Assembly (NCBI GenBank): GCA_963817895.1
Contig: CAWFQB010000003.1
Coordinates: 160,001 to 224,000, forward strand
DNA length: 64,000 nt
Direction of reading: 5' to 3'
From: an uncultured Chthonomonadaceae bacterium
GTDB taxonomy: Bacteria; Armatimonadota; Chthonomonadetes; Chthonomonadales; Chthonomonadaceae
Made by a program: the position numbers and the translations under genes. The notes beneath the pieces were generated by a model. The model did no database searches. It had not been told where the DNA came from and saw nothing but the letters and a program-made list of their open reading frames with translations. Of the stretch, positions 58,307 through 64,000 are shown in pieces. Every line of letters begins with the position of its first letter. The first letter of the stretch is position 1.

Positions 58307-60050
58307 ATGCCAAAATCAAACTCATGGTGGGAGCAGGCGGTACAAAACCGACTTGTAGCCGCAGTGCTGGCTATGGTCGCGCTTATGCCCCTGGTAGCCC
58401 TTCCGGCCGAAATGCGGCGTCCGGGCGCGGCGGCGCTGGTTTTCGAGACGTTCGCCATTCTGCTGATGGCGACGTTGCTATGGCGCTCCCAGTGGAATCT
58501 GCAAAAAGACCGCGTGATCGCGTTCCTGAAAACCGGCGTGAACCTGCCCGTCCTGCTGCTGTTGGGACTGGCGGTTGTCTCTTGCGCCGTTTCACCGCAG
58601 AAAGCCTACAGCGCGCAGGAGACACTGCGCCTGGGCGCGGGCGTACTGCTGTATTTCGTGGTTACTTATCAGTTTCGGCGTTCCGAGTACCTTGCCAAAC
58701 TGGTGGATGTGCTGGTGTTTCTCGCCCTTGTCACTTCGCTGTTGGGTTTCGCGCAATTCGCAAGCAGTTCCACCAAATATGCGACGGGCATGTTTGGCGA
58801 CCATCAGCTTTTTGGCTCGTTTTTGATGCTGCTGCTGCCCATCGTGGGTATTACGGCTATTACGGAAACAAAGACAAACCGGCAGCTTACCGCACAGGTG
58901 GCGACGATTATGACGGCGGCCTGTCTGCTGTTGACTCACACGCGCAGCGCGTGGATCGGCGGCGCGGCGGGCCTGTTGGCGTTGGGCCTGCTGACCACTT
59001 ACGCGCTGTCTCGACATTCGCGCATTGGCGCGCGCAAGCATGAGTGGGCGATACCGGTTATGTTGCTGTTTGTGGGGGCGGGCTTTTTTCTGACCGTTTC
59101 GCCGGATACCGGCTCGATTCTTGAGCGCGCAGACACGCTGACGCAGGCGGGGAAAGAGACCGGCTGGCAGTACCGCGCAGACAAGGCGCGCGGGTCGCTC
59201 GCAATGATTCGAGAGCGTCCACTGACGGGCTGGGGAATTGGATTATACCCCTACTACCAACGCCAATTCACGGGTTCGGGCGCGGCGCTGGCGGGCGGCT
59301 ATGTCAAACCCTTCCTCAATGAGGAGGCGCACAACCTGTATCTGCAAACTGCGGCAGAACTGGGAATACCCGGCCTGGTGTTGCTGTGCGGCATTGTAGT
59401 CATGTTTCTGGGCATGGGACTGGCGCGACTGCGCGGGATGGAAGCGGGGTTGCGCCGCAATCTGCTGCTGGGTTCCATGGCTTCGATGGTTGCCTTTGCC
59501 ATAGACGCTGCCGGCAGTCCTGCCTGGCAGTTGGGACAGAACTCGATGTTTCTGTGGCTGATTTTAGGCATCGGCGTGTCGTGCCTGCGTCCCAAGCCCA
59601 AAACAAGCGAGGAAACAACCCATGCGCCCGTACCACAAATGGTTTCGCGTCCTGTGATTGTCTTTGCCTCCCTGGGGTTGCTGGCGGTTCTGGTTCCCAC
59701 CATTGCAGTCGCAAGCGTGGGCAACTATACTCAGCTGGAACAACTGATACTCAGCCCGAAACAGGCAAACCTGCGCGGCGGTTATCAGAACCAGACGTTC
59801 AAGGCGACGGCGCTGTTTCTAAATCCTAATACGGGCGATCGAGACGACGCAGGACGTGACGACGCAGTGTACTTATACGCAAACGGGTGGGGCGGGTAAG
59901 ATGGTCAAGCCGAACGGTCAGCCAGGTGTCGTCGGAGCCAACACCTATAAAACCGTTTCCCGCGAACGCGACCTGTTGACCGTAACAGCTACCTACACGG
60001 AAAACGGCGACTCTCAATTCGATCAGGCGCAATTGCGAGTATCGCCTTAA
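58307..60050 (+). CDS. O-antigen ligase/Wzy-like membrane protein with a C-terminal soluble extension (frameshift near 59850)
   Basis: LTHTRSAWIG, MIRERPLTGWGIG and EAHNLYLQTAAELGIPG; a beta-rich tail continues in ORF 59856-60050. Confidence 0.8.
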
Positions 60051-60546
60051 TCTTGAAGCGAGGGCGGAAGGCCGACGAAATGACGGCAGAGCCTTGCCGA
60101 CGGGCAATCGGCGCCAAATTGGCGAGGCTGCTTGAATTCTCCGCCCTGAGGTTATTCGACAAATGTAATCGCAAAAAATATTGAGATGTTTTTGCGATTA
60201 AGATTAGAAAAAAATGTTTGACAGCAACGCATTACATTCGGTATACTGACAGTAATAGTTTTCCTCGCATGAAATATTTGCCTTCGACTGCCAAGCATCG
60301 AATGCCACAGGGTTTATGGTAATGTAGGGTAAACTACTTTTCAGTTGTTCCGGCATACCTCATAATAGTTTGATTCGCAATAGCTTCGCGAAATTCATAA
60401 GACTTTCCAGCATTGCAATGCTGTTTTCGCGTTCACTCATGTCCGCGGCACATTTTCGCGAACATAAAAAACATTCAGGCCATGTTTCGCTTTCTCAGAA
60501 TTTCTCCTCACAGTTCATTTTCACAGCAGGTAATCGGATAGCGATA

Positions 60547-61705
60547 ATGAAAATTGCCATTGTACACGACTTTTTGATGCAGATGGGCGGCGCGGAAAAG
60601 GTCGTCGAGGTTCTGCATGATATGTATCCGGATGCGCCTGTGTATACGTCGGCGTATGACGCGGAAGCGATGCCTGCCGCGTATCGGAGTTGGGACATTC
60701 GCACCAGTTTTCTGCAAAACCTGCTGATGAAGCGGCATACCCATCGCATGGCGCTGCTGCTGTATCCCATCGCCTTTGAAGGCTTTGATTTATCGATTAT
60801 GATGTGGTGCTCAGCTCCTCGTCTCGGCGTTTGCCAAGGGCGTGATCACGCAGCCGCACACGCAGCATATCTGCTACACGCATACGCCCATGCGCTATGC
60901 CTGGACGACGCGCTCCTATATGCAAGAACGAGCGGATGTCTCGAACCCTGCGCGGCCTGCTACAGCCGGGAACGCACTATCTGCGCATGTGGGACTCGCT
61001 GGCGACGCAGCCGCGTGGATCAACTGGTCGCCAATTCCAGCGCGGTGGCGAAGCGCATCCGCAAGTTTTATCGCCGGGACAGCGTGACCATTCATCCGCC
61101 TGTAAACACGCAACGTTTTCAGTTGTCGGAAGACCGTGGAGACTACTATATTATCGTGTCGCGCTTCGTGCCCTACAAGCGCCTGGATCTGGCCGTAGAA
61201 GCGTTTACGCGCATGAACCGGCCTTTGAAGGTGGTGGGTACGGGGCGGCAGATGCAGCTCCTTGCAGCAGCAGTCGGGCAGTAGTGTGGAGTTTATGGGG
61301 CATGTGGGCGATCAGGAGTTGCCGACGCTGGTGGCGCAGGCGCGGGGCTTCCTCATGCCGGGTGAGGAAGACTTCGGGATCGCGCCTGTCGAGGCCAATG
61401 CCTGCGGCGTCCCCGTCATCGCGTATGCGGCGGGCGGCGCGCTGGACACGCAGCGCAACGGCGAAACGGGCGTACTGTTTGCGGAGCAGAGCGTCGAGTC
61501 GCTGTGCAACGCGGTCGAGACTGCCGAGCGGACACACTTCGATCCGCTTGCCATTCGCAACCATGCGCGGCGTTTCGATACAAGCGTGTTCCGCCGTGAA
61601 ATTTCGCGCCTGGTCAACGCCTCGGTGGGTAAAACCGAATCCGATATTGATATGGAAAAAGCGGTGGCTTTCGTTGGCGGCGAGTCTATTAAGCGCGGCG
61701 TGTAG
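60547..61705 (+). CDS. Glycosyltransferase family 4 (frameshifted)
   Basis: MKIAIVHDFL.QMGGAEKV, CYTHTPMRYAW, SRFVPYKRLDLA and EEDFGIAPVEANACGVPVIA. Confidence 0.88.
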
Positions 61706-61735
61706 GCTGTTACAGGAAGATGTGGGCAAGGCGTT

Positions 61736-62587
61736 TTGGAATCTGCTGTGGACGTTTCGGAAGCGGAAAAACCTTTTTTGCTGATTACGCCGAGCAAAGG
61801 GTGGGCGGCCCTGAACCTGCGCGAGTTGTGGCAGTTCCGGGATTTGCTGACGACACTGGCGGGCCGGGACGTAAAGTTGCGCTACCGGCAAACGGCGTTA
61901 GGCGCAATATGGGTGATTTTGCAGCCTCTGATGGCGGCGGGCATCTTTTCGGTGGTGTTCGGCAAAGTCGCCAAGCTACCCAGTGACGGCTTACCCTATT
62001 TCCTGTTCGCGTATGCGGGGTTATTAGGCTGGAATATCTTCAGCAGCACGTTGGGCAAGGTGAGCGGATGTCTGGTGGGCAACGCGCATCTGGTTTCTAA
62101 AGTATTTTTTCCGCGCCTGGTGCTGCCGCTTTCGACGGTGTTTTCCACGCTGGTAGACTTCGGAGTCGCGCTGGCAATGCTGGCGGTACTGATGGCGGTG
62201 TACCATGTGGTTCCAGGCATCGGGCTGCTGCTGCTCCCCGTCTGGGTACTGCTGACGCTGCTGCTGGCGATGGGCATTGGCCTGTGCGCGTCGGCCCTGA
62301 TGGTGACGTACCGGGATGTACAATACGTGCTGCCGGTCGTGACGCAGTTTTTGCTGTATGGCAGTCCCGTCGCGTATGCGCTATCGGCGGTTCCGAAGGA
62401 TTGGAAGGCCATTTATTTGCTAAATCCGCTGTCCGTGTTGCTGGAAGGTTTTCGCTGGTCGCTGCTGAACCGGGGCGCGCTGAATATGGGGAGCGTGGCC
62501 TATGCGGCAACCATGTCTATTCTGGTGTTTACAGGCGGCGCGTTCGCGTTCAAGCGCATGGAGCGGAAGTTCGCGGATGTCATCTAA
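61736..62587 (+). CDS. wzm: ABC-2 polysaccharide transporter permease (Wzm-like)
   Basis: ELWQFRDLL..LAGRDVKLRYRQTALGAIWVILQP, LVSKVFFPR, YRDV and ERKFADVI. Confidence 0.9.
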   Translation: MESAVDVSEAEKPFLLITPSKGWAALNLRELWQFRDLLTTLAGRDVKLRYRQTALGAIWVILQPLMAAGIFSVVFGKVAKLPSDGLPYFLFAYAGLLGWNIFSSTLGKVSGCLVGNAHLVSKVFFPRLVLPLSTVFSTLVDFGVALAMLAVLMAVYHVVPGIGLLLLPVWVLLTLLLAMGIGLCASALMVTYRDVQYVLPVVTQFLLYGSPVAYALSAVPKDWKAIYLLNPLSVLLEGFRWSLLNRGALNMGSVAYAATMSILVFTGGAFAFKRMERKFADVI

Positions 62588-63027
62588 TGTTCCGCCAGTT
62601 GAAAGCGCCCCTGAGATAGACGCGCGCTCTTTTGAGCCAGACGCTTTGACACATGCTGTTGTGCCTACGGGTACTCCACGACTTCATCTTGCGTTTTTGG
62701 ATGGTTTGCGCGGGTTGGCGGCATTGAGTATTGTGTGCTACCACATCTTTTTGGGAGAGCAGGCCGGAAATTTCCCCGGGTATTTCGGGCCGTCTTGAAC
62801 GTTACTCGTCTCGGACATTCAGCCTGTACTTGATTCATGCCCCCATATTGTACCTGGTGGGTATCGGGATGCTGCATCGGCAAGTGTCCGGCGTGGTTCA
62901 TGCGCTGATGGTATATGCGGTGGGAGTACCTGTTACCCTGGTAGTGGCGTACGGTTTTCATCTGCTCTTTGAGCGCCGATTTATGAACGGCGCGCCAAAG
63001 TCTGTTCGTCACAGCCAAGCGCATTGA
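62587..63027 (+). pseudogene. Internally deleted acyltransferase-3 (OafA-like) remnant
   Basis: The N-terminal motif FLDGLRGLAALSIVCYH is followed within about 60 nt by the C-terminal motifs FSLYLIHAP...FHLLFERRF. Confidence 0.65.
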
Positions 63028-63077
63028 GTAGAACTCTGCCGATGTTACCTGAACTCCCTGTACAATCTATTCAAGCC

Positions 63078-64000
63078 ATGCTGCCCCTGGTTGAAGGAGA
63101 TACGGAACTTTCTCAGGCCGTTGTCGCCACCCCGGACGCTTTGCGCGAGGAGAACACGCAACCCGAAGAAGCAGGCAAGGAGTCCAACGCGCGCTATGTA
63201 CTGATTGACGCTTTGCGCGGTATCGCGGCGATAGGAGTCTTGCTGCACCACTTGCTGCATACTACAGTCATGGAGGGTCCGCTCAGTGTCGCGCTTCCGC
63301 AAGTTTTGCTGCGAACCTGCACGTATGGCGCGCATGGCGTTCAGATTTTCTTTGTTCTGAGCGGGTTTGTCATCGCGCACTCGTTGCGCAACAACGCGCT
63401 TTCCCGGGCGGCTATCAAAAACTTTATCCTGCGTCGCCAGATTCGCCTTGACCCGCCCTATTGGGCTACCATTATCTTTGTGTCAGGCATGTCTCGACTG
63501 GAAAAGGCGCTGCCCTCGTTGACAAGAACAGGTTCCTTCCATCCTGCCGAAGTTTTCCTGAACTTTGTCTATTTGCAAAACATAGCGGGTGTCAAACAGG
63601 TGGTTGGCGTTGCCTGGACGCTCTGCATTGAAGTGCAGTTTTACCTGATATTTATTCTGCTGTTGAAAATAGGCCAGAAGAAACTGAATGTGCCGACATC
63701 TGTGAAGATCGCAATGCCAACTGTCTGGCTGGTCTTTACGGTGGGTATTTGTTCGCTGGTTTTCAATCTTTGGACGGTGGCGCATCAGCCAATCACCGCA
63801 TGGTTTATCCAGTATTGGTTCAACTTCGCGGCAGGGGTGTTGTGTTACTGGTCTGTCAGGAGGGAAGTAAATCCCGCGTTTTTCACTGCTTTCCTGGCGC
63901 TGATTGCCCTGAGCATCATACCGGCGCATGTTGTCACAAGCGGCTATCATGGAACGGCGTTGCTGACGCATCAAAGTTTACCGGCGCTGATGGCAGGCGC
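63078..64000 (+). CDS. Acyltransferase-3 family protein (partial, runs off the window; absent from the ORF track)
   Basis: IDALRGIAAIGVLLHH, GVQIFFVLSGFVI, FILRRQIRLDPPYW and AWTLCIEVQFYL. Confidence 0.88.
   Translation, partial: MLPLVEGDTELSQAVVATPDALREENTQPEEAGKESNARYVLIDALRGIAAIGVLLHHLLHTTVMEGPLSVALPQVLLRTCTYGAHGVQIFFVLSGFVIAHSLRNNALSRAAIKNFILRRQIRLDPPYWATIIFVSGMSRLEKALPSLTRTGSFHPAEVFLNFVYLQNIAGVKQVVGVAWTLCIEVQFYLIFILLLKIGQKKLNVPTSVKIAMPTVWLVFTVGICSLVFNLWTVAHQPITAWFIQYWFNFAAGVLCYWSVRREVNPAFFTAFLALIALSIIPAHVVTSGYHGTALLTHQSLPALMAG

Noticed and set aside
1..64000. tRNA (including tRNA-Sec), rRNA, cas genes and additional UGA-selenoproteins
   Set aside because: None were recognised by eye. 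The TlpA and Fe-S proteins use ordinary Cys codons. tRNAscan/Aragorn would be needed to exclude tRNAs formally.

Overview
A 64-kb bacterial chromosomal segment of roughly 58-60% GC (estimated by eye). An Armatimonadota/Chthonomonas-like origin is my inference from gene content and is untested. In order, the window holds: (1) a minus-strand selenium locus, selA - three paralogous membrane HEAT-like proteins with triple 'LLR' tails - selD, where selD has an in-frame UGA (selenocysteine) and a SECIS-like hairpin that the ORF track misses; (2) a divergent etfB-etfA-FadF-like Fe-S oxidoreductase cluster; (3) AraD1-like, TlpA-like, FmdB-like, HtrA, EF-G paralog and Rpn-family nuclease genes; (4) an orphan, partly degenerate CRISPR mini-array; (5) the distal half of the ribosomal superoperon (rpsN to rplQ, truA, rplM, rpsI), which starts abruptly at rpsN; (6) NlpC/P60, hicBA, a LEA-like stress cluster and a GAF-kinase/ANTAR two-component pair; (7) redox enzymes and a Planctomycete-type DUF1592/DUF1552 pair; (8) an NHL PEP-CTERM protein and the start of an exopolysaccharide locus. 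The most striking non-coding pattern is that many intergenic gaps carry inverted pairs of short tandem repeats (7-9-nt units, mostly a different unit in each gap). Many genes, including essential rpoA and rplQ, are frameshifted, which most likely reflects sequencing indels. All family calls come from recognising motifs by eye, not from database searches.
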